DNA of 27,047 nucleotides from Campylobacterales bacterium (GTDB lineage Bacteria > Campylobacterota > Campylobacteria > Campylobacterales > QNZT01), in assembly GCA_015662615.1 (NCBI GenBank), contig DQTU01000039.1:1-27047 (forward strand). The letters run 5' to 3'. Each line of letters opens with the position of its first letter. The stretch's first letter is position 1. Positions 7,766 through 14,891 of this stretch are shown here, piece after piece. Position numbers and translations under genes: made by a program. Under the pieces are notes generated by a model. It did not search any database. It was not told the DNA's origin and was given only the letters and a program-made list of their open reading frames with translations.

Positions 7766-8872
7766 ATGAATTTTGAGTCAAGAAAAAGTCTACCGATACT
7801 ATTATCCGCAGCGGTAGCTATAAGTATAAGTGGCTGTGCCGAGAAAAGAAGTTGTAAGACACCTACAGTAGCTTCTAAACAAGTGGTTAAAGTAGCAAAA
7901 ATACAAGATGACAAAGATAAGCAGATAGAGGCTCTTCAAGTCGCTATTTTAGAAGCTAGAGCGAATGTTGGTAAAACAGTTACAAAAGTCGTTGAAGTTG
8001 CTGGAAAAAGTTCTCCATATCCACCAAATGCACAACCAGGCAAATGTTACACTAAAGTACTAATCCCAGCTAAGTATGAAGTACAAACTGAAAAAGTTTT
8101 ATCAAAAGAAGCAAGTGAGAATATTACAGTTGTTCCTGCCAAATATAAAATGGTTAGTAAAAAGCTACTTGTTAAAGAAGCAAGTGAAAGGTTGGTAGCA
8201 ATTCCCGCAACCTACAAAACTGTAACTGAGAAGGTGCTTGTTAAAGAAGCAAGTGAAAGATTAGTAAAAGTTCCCGCAACTTATGACACAGTAACTCAAA
8301 AAATCCTAGTTAAAGAAGCACAAACGACTTGGAAAAAAGGGTGTAGTGATTCAGGTAAAGCAACAGGTAAAGATTGTGATGTGTTATGTTTAGTAAATAC
8401 ACCTGCACAATATAGAACCATTACAAAAAGAGTTTTAAAAACACCTGCTTCAACAAAAGCAATACCAGTTCCTGCAAAATATAAAACTGTAACTAGAAAA
8501 GTTTTAGATCGACCTGCTTCTACTAAATCTATTCCCGTCCCAGCAGTTTACAAAACTGTAAAAGTAAGAGAGCTAGTATCGCCAGCATATGTTAAAAAAA
8601 CTGCTATTCCTGAAGCTTATCAGACTATTAGTAAAAGGGTAAAAGTAAGTGATTCAGCACTTAAATGGGAAGAGACAGTATGTCAAACAAGTATGACTTC
8701 GGTAAATATTAGAGAGGTGCAAAAAGCACTTAAAAACAGCGGCTTTAATCCAGGTCCTATTGATGGTATCTTTGGATGGAGAACAAGAGCAGCACTTGAA
8801 AAATATCAAGGAGCAAATTCTCTTGCATCTGGGGCATTAACAAAAGAGACACTTAAGTCATTAGGTATATAA
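7766..8872 (+). CDS. Lipoprotein with tandem 23-aa repeats and a C-terminal peptidoglycan-binding (PG_binding_1-like) domain (368 aa)
   Basis: SD AAGGAG at 7754-7759; lipobox ISGC; C-terminal VQKALKNSGFNPGPIDGIFGWRTRAALEKYQ is the PG-binding three-helix motif; eight PAxY-type repeats. Confidence 0.85.
   Translation: MNFESRKSLPILLSAAVAISISGCAEKRSCKTPTVASKQVVKVAKIQDDKDKQIEALQVAILEARANVGKTVTKVVEVAGKSSPYPPNAQPGKCYTKVLIPAKYEVQTEKVLSKEASENITVVPAKYKMVSKKLLVKEASERLVAIPATYKTVTEKVLVKEASERLVKVPATYDTVTQKILVKEAQTTWKKGCSDSGKATGKDCDVLCLVNTPAQYRTITKRVLKTPASTKAIPVPAKYKTVTRKVLDRPASTKSIPVPAVYKTVKVRELVSPAYVKKTAIPEAYQTISKRVKVSDSALKWEETVCQTSMTSVNIREVQKALKNSGFNPGPIDGIFGWRTRAALEKYQGANSLASGALTKETLKSLGI
8066..8620 (+). 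repeat. Intragenic 69-bp (23-aa) tandem repeats
   Basis: AAAGAAGCA recurs at 8105, 8174, 8243 and 8312 (exact 69-nt period); protein units PAxY-xTVTxKVLVKEASERLVxV, with four more diverged units after a Cys-rich insert. Confidence 0.9.
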
Positions 8873-8890
8873 TTTATAAATACTATTTCC

Positions 8891-8929
8891 AAAAAGCCAG
8901 TTGCGATTTTATTGCAACTGGCTTTTTTT
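8891..8929 (+). terminator. Rho-independent terminator, probably bidirectional
   Basis: AAAAAGCCAGTTGC ... GCAACTGGCTTTTTTT: perfect stem, T-tract on + and A-tract on the other side, between convergent genes. Confidence 0.9.
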
Positions 8930-8995
8930 ATCTCAAGAAACTTTGTGATTGAATCAAATAAGTAGGAAAATTAAGAAGTGAATGAAGTCGCAAGA

Positions 8996-9049
8996 ATAAG
9001 CAAATAAGCGCTTAGACTTTTTCTTCGCTTATTTGGCTTATCTTTTTTT
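8996..9049. terminator. Second inverted repeat overlapping the stop of the 9012-9458 gene
   Basis: ATAAGCAAATAAGCG (8996-9010) / CGCTTATTTGGCTTAT (9025-9040, one bulged G), followed by a T-tract on +. Confidence 0.45.
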
Positions 9050-9458
9050 CGAGTAGTGTAATGATTTGATCTTTGTCGTCAGCAATTTTTATCTTATCTG
9101 AAAGCTGGATTGATAATGTTTGATGTTCAACCTTTAGTGAACTGTAGTCACTTTTTATATGTTCATAATCGTTAGTTGCCTCAAATAATGCTTCGAGCTC
9201 ACGCTCTTTTGTTTCTAAAAGCTTAGATTGTAAATTATATCCTTGATTAATTGCTTCTACTTTTCTACGAGTCGATCGAAGTTCATTTTTAAGCTTTACA
9301 ATCGTAGCATTTTTTTCGCTAAGAATCTTATGGTGCTTTTGCTCTTTTTCTGCATAAACCTCTCTTTTTTTAGCATTTGAATACAACAATCCTACTATAT
9401 AACCAAATACAACAGAAACAACTATATAAAGCGCCATTTTTACCATCAAAATCAACAA
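9012..9458 (-). CDS. Membrane-anchored coiled-coil hypothetical protein
   Basis: Hydrophobic N-terminal helix (LYIVVSVVFGYIVGLLY) followed by heptad-rich Lys/Glu/Leu sequence; 1 nt after the OmpA-like gene, so likely co-transcribed. Confidence 0.8.
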   Translation of the reverse strand: MLILMVKMALYIVVSVVFGYIVGLLYSNAKKREVYAEKEQKHHKILSEKNATIVKLKNELRSTRRKVEAINQGYNLQSKLLETKERELEALFEATNDYEHIKSDYSSLKVEHQTLSIQLSDKIKIADDKDQIITLLEKKISQISEEKV

Positions 9459-9459
9459 A

Positions 9460-10113
9460 CTATCTCCTTCTTATCTTAAGCTCAACTCTTGAATTTCGCT
9501 CATCTTTTTTATTATCTAAAATTGGATATAAATCACCATATCCTGTAACTACTATCTCTTTATTTATCTTTTTATTACTCAAATATTTATAAATGGTTTG
9601 CGCTAATTGCTCACTTTTTTTTTGTGTTAAATGATCATATATTTCAGATGCACTATGCCCTTCTATCTCTATGTAACTATTATTCATATCTGATAATAAA
9701 GGAGTTATTTTTTCAAGAACCTCTTTAGAGTGCTGTGAGATCTTACCTGATTTTTCCACATATAGATATCTATCTTCTTTTAAAATTTGCTTAACTTTTT
9801 CGCTAGAGCTAAGAACTATATTTTTCAGTTCACTCACTACAGGAAGAGAAGAACTTTCATTTTGTTCAACTGTTACTACCACTACATCTTTAATAGGTTT
9901 TATATCTTTTTTGGATTTATAAATATTAGTCAATTCAACTTTTATTTTTTCTTCTTTTGCTGTTGACTCGTTTGATTTCAAAGTTATCTTATTTTCATCA
10001 AGTGCTGAATATAACTCAGTATAAAAAGTCTTTGCATGTAAAACATAGGCTGTAGAAATTATTGCAAATGTTCCGACTATTCCTAAAAAATTTATTTTTG
10101 TACTATTTAACAT
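9460..10113 (-). CDS. Membrane-anchored OmpA/MotB-like C-terminal domain protein (degenerate motifs)
   Basis: N-terminal TM; C-terminal YIEIEGHSA...KSEQLAQTIYKYL...VTGYGDLYP...ERNSRVELKI follows OmpA_C-like topology; SD AAGG. Confidence 0.8.
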   Translation of the reverse strand: MLNSTKINFLGIVGTFAIISTAYVLHAKTFYTELYSALDENKITLKSNESTAKEEKIKVELTNIYKSKKDIKPIKDVVVVTVEQNESSSLPVVSELKNIVLSSSEKVKQILKEDRYLYVEKSGKISQHSKEVLEKITPLLSDMNNSYIEIEGHSASEIYDHLTQKKSEQLAQTIYKYLSNKKINKEIVVTGYGDLYPILDNKKDERNSRVELKIRRR

Positions 10114-10350
10114 AAATTCAACCTTGGAAACTTATAATGGAGTATTATACCGATAAGATCGATAATATAAGATGAAAAAAAAATTTAATATATTAAAAAA
10201 AGTAAACTTAATATCCTTATTTAAGTAGATATAAATAATATATTATACCTTTGGCGTCACAAAAAGTAAACTACTGTAAAATACTTTAGTATAAAATCAC
10301 TTTATTTTGACTTTTATGATAATACCCTTACAAAAGGTTACTTTTTTTTG

Positions 10351-10356
10351 TATAAT
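10351..10356 (+). promoter_or_regulatory. -10 box for the CYTH-CHAD gene
   Basis: TATAAT after a T-tract, SD AAGGAG at 10367-10372, ATG at 10377. Confidence 0.6.
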
Positions 10357-10376
10357 ATAGACCTGTAAGGAGTCAT

Positions 10377-11807
10377 ATGTATAAAATTGAGAAAAAATAT
10401 CTACTAAAAGATGATATTAAAACATTGATAGACGACTTAAAATTAACAGCTAAAGAAATCTCTGAGTTTTATACCGTTGTTAAAGTATGTAAAGAAGTAA
10501 AATTTAGCAAAATTGATTCTAAGTATTTTAAAACTACAAAAAATGGTGTTATAGGATCAATTGATCAAAAGAGAATTAAAATTAAAAAATCACTATACCA
10601 TAAAGAGAAAAAAAACGCTATTGGACAACATATTTCAAAAAAACGCTATATACTCTTAAATAATGGTGAAAAATATTCTTTTGATAAATATCAAAAGAAT
10701 TTTAAAAATCTATACCTATTAGAAGTTGAATTTAAAAATAAAAATAATTTGAATAAGTATATCGTTCCTGATATTTTGAAAAATTATATTATAAAAGAAG
10801 TAACACATGATAAACGATATCAAAAAAGAAATTTAGCACTTCTTGGTAATCCTAAAAAAAACACGTACAACATTTATTCTATTTTTAAAGATATAGAACT
10901 TGCACGAACTACAGATCTAAATAAAATTATCTTTAAAGAGATGAAAACAAGTGATAGTGTTCGAATTATACTTTATAATCTTTTTGTAGAGCTTAGAATA
11001 AATCAAGATCTTATAGTCCAAACACAAGCCCAAAAAGGTATAAAAGCATTTGAGCTGGCACTTAAAAAAAGTATTATTTTATTAAATGAGTATAAAAATA
11101 TATTTGATAAAAAGATTGTTCGAAGTGTCAAATTACATCTGAATATAATGGACAAAACACTTAAAACATATAAGGATTTACAATTTATTCAAAAAGAGTT
11201 AAGTGCTATTCGTCCACTCATAGCGTCAAGTGAAATGGATCGGATTAATCAAAGTATAGAGCATAAACTATTACTTGAGAAAAATAAGATAACGCGTTTT
11301 TTTAAAACAAGAGAATTTGCAATCATATTTAAACAGTATGAACTGCTACTCAAAGAAAATAATAGATCATTTCTCTCAATATCTGCCCAAATGTCAATTA
11401 GCAATAGCATAAAATATAAAATATTTAAACATTATAAAAAAACCATTATGAAATGTGATAAATATGAAAGATGTAATAATGATCGCAGTTATAAAACTAT
11501 AAACAAATCTATAAATAGAGTAAAAACTTTGCTTGAAGAATTTAAAATGATAATAGATAAAGTTGATTACCAAGCCATGTATACACTCACATGTGAGGTA
11601 TCAAAAGAGCTTGCAAGTCTTAAAAAAATAAATAGAAAGAAGATGATTATAGATACTTATCTCGAAAATCTTGAAGTAAAACCTAAAAACTATCAAAAGT
11701 TACTAAAAAAATTTAAAAAAGAGCGCAATATAAATACATCCAACATGAGTGAAGAACTTCATAATACTATTATGAGATTTAAAAAGAAAAAACATCTTTT
11801 TAAATAG
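10377..11807 (+). CDS. CYTH + CHAD-like domain protein (polyphosphate/triphosphate-tunnel related, degenerate)
   Basis: N-terminal MYKIEKKYLL (variant of ExExK), YSFDKY...NLYLLEVEF, KEVTHDKRY..RNLAL typical of CYTH; C-terminal ~290 aa helical, very Lys-rich region occupying the CHAD position. Confidence 0.7.
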   Translation: MYKIEKKYLLKDDIKTLIDDLKLTAKEISEFYTVVKVCKEVKFSKIDSKYFKTTKNGVIGSIDQKRIKIKKSLYHKEKKNAIGQHISKKRYILLNNGEKYSFDKYQKNFKNLYLLEVEFKNKNNLNKYIVPDILKNYIIKEVTHDKRYQKRNLALLGNPKKNTYNIYSIFKDIELARTTDLNKIIFKEMKTSDSVRIILYNLFVELRINQDLIVQTQAQKGIKAFELALKKSIILLNEYKNIFDKKIVRSVKLHLNIMDKTLKTYKDLQFIQKELSAIRPLIASSEMDRINQSIEHKLLLEKNKITRFFKTREFAIIFKQYELLLKENNRSFLSISAQMSISNSIKYKIFKHYKKTIMKCDKYERCNNDRSYKTINKSINRVKTLLEEFKMIIDKVDYQAMYTLTCEVSKELASLKKINRKKMIIDTYLENLEVKPKNYQKLLKKFKKERNINTSNMSEELHNTIMRFKKKKHLFK

Positions 11808-11820
11808 TATAATTTTTTTT

Positions 11821-11829
11821 TGCTATAAT
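11821..11829 (+). promoter_or_regulatory. Extended -10 promoter for M48 peptidase-ubiE
   Basis: TG-C-TATAAT, 41 nt before ATG 11871. Confidence 0.65.
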
Positions 11830-11870
11830 CAAAGTATATAAATAAAAAATTGTACATAAGGGCTTAAAGC

Positions 11871-12635
11871 ATGAATAATATTGTAAAAGTACTACTCTTA
11901 GGTTTAACAGTAGCTGTTTTTATCGCTTGTAGTAAAACACCTTACACAAACCGTAAACAGATGGTTATATTCTCTCCTGCTCAAGAGTTACAGATGGGAT
12001 ATCAATCCGCACAACAGATCTTAAAAACAGAACGCATGAGCAATGATAGAAGAATCAACGCTCTTGTACAAAGAGTTGGTCAAAAGATAGCTCGTGCTGC
12101 TGCACAACCAGGATATAAATGGCAGTTTTTTGTGATTGAAAAAGATGTGCTAAACGCTTTTTGTCTACCTGGGGGAAAAGTTTTTGTATATACAGGACTT
12201 TTTAAAGCGGTTCAAAATGAAGATCAACTTGCCGTTGTTATCGGGCATGAAGTAGCCCATGCGATTGCGCGCCATGGCGCTGAGAGAATGAGCATGATAC
12301 AACTTGGTCGTATGGGTAAAGAGATTGCCTCAAAAACTCTTGGCGGCGGTAAATATACAAATATTATCAACCAAGCATATGGTGTGGGTGAGACTTACGG
12401 TATGGTTCTTCCATTTAGTAGAAAGTTTGAGTATGAAGCTGATGAAATTGGTCTATATTTGATGACAAAAGCGGGTTATAATCCACAAGAAGCTGTTGCG
12501 TTTTGGGATAACATGAAAAAATTAAAAGAGGGGACTAGAAATCCACCTGAATTTCTCTCAACACATCCAGCTGATGTAAATAGAATCCGAAAAATCCAGT
12601 CGCTTATTCCAAAAGCGTTACAACACTATAGATAA
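11871..12635 (+). CDS. M48-family zinc metallopeptidase lipoprotein (Oma1/LoiP-like)
   Basis: Lipobox FIAC; NAFCLPGGKVFVYTG, HEVAH zinc motif, FSRKFEYEADEIG, EFLSTHP. Confidence 0.94.
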   Translation: MNNIVKVLLLGLTVAVFIACSKTPYTNRKQMVIFSPAQELQMGYQSAQQILKTERMSNDRRINALVQRVGQKIARAAAQPGYKWQFFVIEKDVLNAFCLPGGKVFVYTGLFKAVQNEDQLAVVIGHEVAHAIARHGAERMSMIQLGRMGKEIASKTLGGGKYTNIINQAYGVGETYGMVLPFSRKFEYEADEIGLYLMTKAGYNPQEAVAFWDNMKKLKEGTRNPPEFLSTHPADVNRIRKIQSLIPKALQHYR

Positions 12636-12649
12636 AAAAGGTCAAAAGT

Positions 12650-13357
12650 TTGAGTAAACAAGAAAAAATTGTCACAATGTTCAATGAGATTGCAAGCACA
12701 TATGATGTAGCAAACAGAGTTTTAAGTTTTGGAGTAGATAAGAGTTGGAGAAAAGATGCATGTGATAAAACATATAATTTTTATGGCAAAAAATCTATAG
12801 ATCTTATCTTAGATGTAGCATGTGGTACAGGGGATATGTGTGAATTTTGGGATAAAAGAGCTAAAAAGTTACATATCAAAATAGATAAAATAATTGGTGC
12901 TGATCCTTCAGTAGGCATGCTTGAAAAGGCAAAAGAGAAAAACTTAAATGCTGAATTTGTCGAAGCAGAAGCTAAAAATCTTCCTTTTGAAACGGGGAGT
13001 GTTGATATATTGAGTATCTCTTACGGACTTAGAAATGTCATGGATCGCAAAGAGGGATTAGAAGAGTTTTATAGAGTCTTAAAACCTGAAGGTCTTCTTG
13101 TGATTTTAGAATTTACGAAACTTCAAAAGGCCAGTATTGCCTCAAGGGTTAGAGATTTTTATATGAAAAAGATATTGCCTATCGTTGGTGGATTTCTCTC
13201 CAAGAACAAAGAAGCCTATGATTATCTTCCTGATTCAATTGAAGGTTTTTTAACTAGCGAAAAACTAGTTGGAGAACTTGAAGAGGTAGATTTTCAGATG
13301 AAAGAGGTTAAAGGATATTCTATGGATATCTCTACGCTTTTTATCGCACAAAAGTAA
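12650..13357 (+). CDS. ubiE: Demethylmenaquinone/ubiquinone C-methyltransferase UbiE/MenG
   Basis: MF.EIA.TYD.ANRVLSFG.DKSWR, LDVACGTGD SAM motif, SISYGLRNV, RVLKP.G.LVILEF, AY.YLPDSI. Confidence 0.96.
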   Translation: MSKQEKIVTMFNEIASTYDVANRVLSFGVDKSWRKDACDKTYNFYGKKSIDLILDVACGTGDMCEFWDKRAKKLHIKIDKIIGADPSVGMLEKAKEKNLNAEFVEAEAKNLPFETGSVDILSISYGLRNVMDRKEGLEEFYRVLKPEGLLVILEFTKLQKASIASRVRDFYMKKILPIVGGFLSKNKEAYDYLPDSIEGFLTSEKLVGELEEVDFQMKEVKGYSMDISTLFIAQK

Positions 13358-13373
13358 TACCAACGGGTATTAC
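13354..13373. terminator. Perfect hairpin between convergent ubiE and helicase stops
   Basis: GTAATACC-AACG-GGTATTAC, containing the ubiE TAA and abutting the helicase TAG. Confidence 0.6.
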
Positions 13374-14668
13374 TAATCGAGTTTAAGCATTGCACTCTCT
13401 CTATAAAATGTTTTTACACTTTGATTTACTGAAACAACCCTCTCAAGATAACTCTTAAAATCATTTCTACTATAGGTGATTTTAAGAGTTTTAGGGTCAA
13501 TTGCCCGACTAAGGGCTACATAAAACTGGCTATCTGCAAAAATATGATCAACATTACAGATGAGTGTGTTTAAACTCATGCCTTGTGATTTATGAATGGT
13601 TATCGCATAAGCAGGGCGAAGTGGAAATTGTTTCAAAGAACAAAGTACTTCACTTTCAAGTGTGCCTTTGTCATCAACCATCGAACGACTTAGTTCAAAT
13701 TCAAAACGATCTACTTTTACAAGCCTGCCCTCTTTCTCCACAACGATAGAGTCTCCGTCGATATGTTCAACAATCGCTTTTTCTCCATTATGATATGAGC
13801 CCCATTTATTGGTAGTGAAAATTACAGGAATTCCCTCTTTAAGTTTTAAATCTACAATGATTGGAAGTGATTTTTTCCATGAGGCAATACGTTTTTCATT
13901 TAACTTCGAATCTTTGATCTCCAAAAGTGCAGGTAAATCAAACTCTTCCCTTTGCACTTCTGCTACTTTTTGACGGTTCAAGATATCTGCTTCATAATTT
14001 CTTCCATAAAGTATCGTAGGATTGGTCTCTTGAAAATTATGATCTTTGAGTTTTTGAAGATAGGTAAAACATTGCTCATCTAACTCCCCTACTCTGATTT
14101 TTTCTAAAATTTGCATAAATTCTTCATTACTCGTTCTCTTGATTTTAGTAAGTTCAACCCCTAGAAAATCAAAATTTGTCCATGCACTACTCTGAAATGC
14201 ATAAATATTTTCACCAAATATAGAACTGTTATGCTTCTTCTGTATAGGCGGAAGTTGGAAAAAATCACCCACAACTAGTAACTTTCCACTATATTTAGCA
14301 TTTCTCAAACGATAGAGAATCATATCCATCAAATCAGAACTCACCATGCTAATCTCATCAATAATCACAAGATCAGTTTTTTTGAGAATCTTTGAAAGCT
14401 CTTTGATGCGGTTTCTATTATAGCGATCAGAGGATGCAAGCTCTTCAAAATTTGAAGAAATTCCAAATGAAAAGAAGCTGTGAATTGTCTGTCCACCTAC
14501 ATTTACAGCTGATATACCTGTACTACCAAGCACAATAACACCCCGATAATTAGACTCATAATCATCAATAATTTGTTTGGTAAGGTAGCTCTTCCCTACC
14601 CCTGCTCCACCTGTTAGAAAAATATTTTGCTCTTCTAAAAGCTCTAAAATCTTATTTAATACACTCAA
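13373..14668 (-). CDS. PIF1/RecD-like SF1B DNA helicase
   Basis: GGAGVGKS (Walker A), G.TIHSFF, IDEISM (Walker B), GDFFQLPP, PLRPAYAITIHKSQGMSL, YVALSRA; TTG start. Confidence 0.93.
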   Translation of the reverse strand: MSVLNKILELLEEQNIFLTGGAGVGKSYLTKQIIDDYESNYRGVIVLGSTGISAVNVGGQTIHSFFSFGISSNFEELASSDRYNRNRIKELSKILKKTDLVIIDEISMVSSDLMDMILYRLRNAKYSGKLLVVGDFFQLPPIQKKHNSSIFGENIYAFQSSAWTNFDFLGVELTKIKRTSNEEFMQILEKIRVGELDEQCFTYLQKLKDHNFQETNPTILYGRNYEADILNRQKVAEVQREEFDLPALLEIKDSKLNEKRIASWKKSLPIIVDLKLKEGIPVIFTTNKWGSYHNGEKAIVEHIDGDSIVVEKEGRLVKVDRFEFELSRSMVDDKGTLESEVLCSLKQFPLRPAYAITIHKSQGMSLNTLICNVDHIFADSQFYVALSRAIDPKTLKITYSRNDFKSYLERVVSVNQSVKTFYRESAMLKLD

Positions 14669-14699
14669 AATAATCCGTTTTTGTCATTTTTAATTTGCA

Positions 14700-14708
14700 A
14701 TTATAACA
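14700..14708 (-). promoter_or_regulatory. Extended -10 promoter for the helicase
   Basis: Minus strand TG-T-TATAAT ~31 nt upstream of the TTG start. Confidence 0.6.
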
Positions 14709-14876
14709 AAATATAAATGATACTATATCGCAACGGGTACTTAGTATCTATTTTTCTCCTACTTGTGCAATATCTGCATGTATAATAATATTAAAAATTA
14801 AATATTTTGTATATTAAACCCTTTTTATTCAATGTATAATATTAAATATTAAATTTAACTTTTGTTTACAATATTC

Positions 14877-14885
14877 TGTTAAAAT
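14877..14885 (+). promoter_or_regulatory. Extended -10 box 6 nt before the MscS ATG; probable leaderless mRNA
   Basis: TG-T-TAAAAT-TTCAAT-ATG with no SD. Confidence 0.6.
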
Positions 14886-14891
14886 TTCAAT

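Noticed and set aside
121-7768. ORF-track starts at 121 (lpxD), 895 (rnpA), 4040 (mnmE), 7222 (yqeY) and 7745 (repeat lipoprotein)
   Set aside because: Conserved sequence extends upstream for lpxD, rnpA and mnmE; SD position favours ATG 7240 and ATG 7766 for the other two.
8066-8620. CRISPR array or non-coding tandem repeat
   Set aside because: Repeats are in-frame, degenerate at synonymous positions and lack unique spacers; they are protein repeats.
8945-8958. FNR/Crp-type box (GTGATTGAATCAAA)
   Set aside because: Half-site spacing is 3 nt rather than 4, and the site lies between convergent gene ends, not in a promoter.
10114-10376. ncRNA or small ORF in the 263-bp AT-rich intergenic region
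   Set aside because: No stable GC stem, terminator or credible ORF; explained by divergent promoters (TATAAT at 10149-10144 minus and 10351-10356 plus).
11871-12635. M48 peptidase as the cognate target of the serpin
   Set aside because: M48 is a zinc metalloprotease; serpins trap serine/cysteine proteases through an acyl-enzyme intermediate, and the genes are 12 kb apart.
13373-14668. PIF1 helicase as part of a Helitron-like or phage element
   Set aside because: No HUH/Rep, integrase, transposase or phage genes nearby; composition resembles neighbours; such helicases are common chromosomal genes in this phylum.
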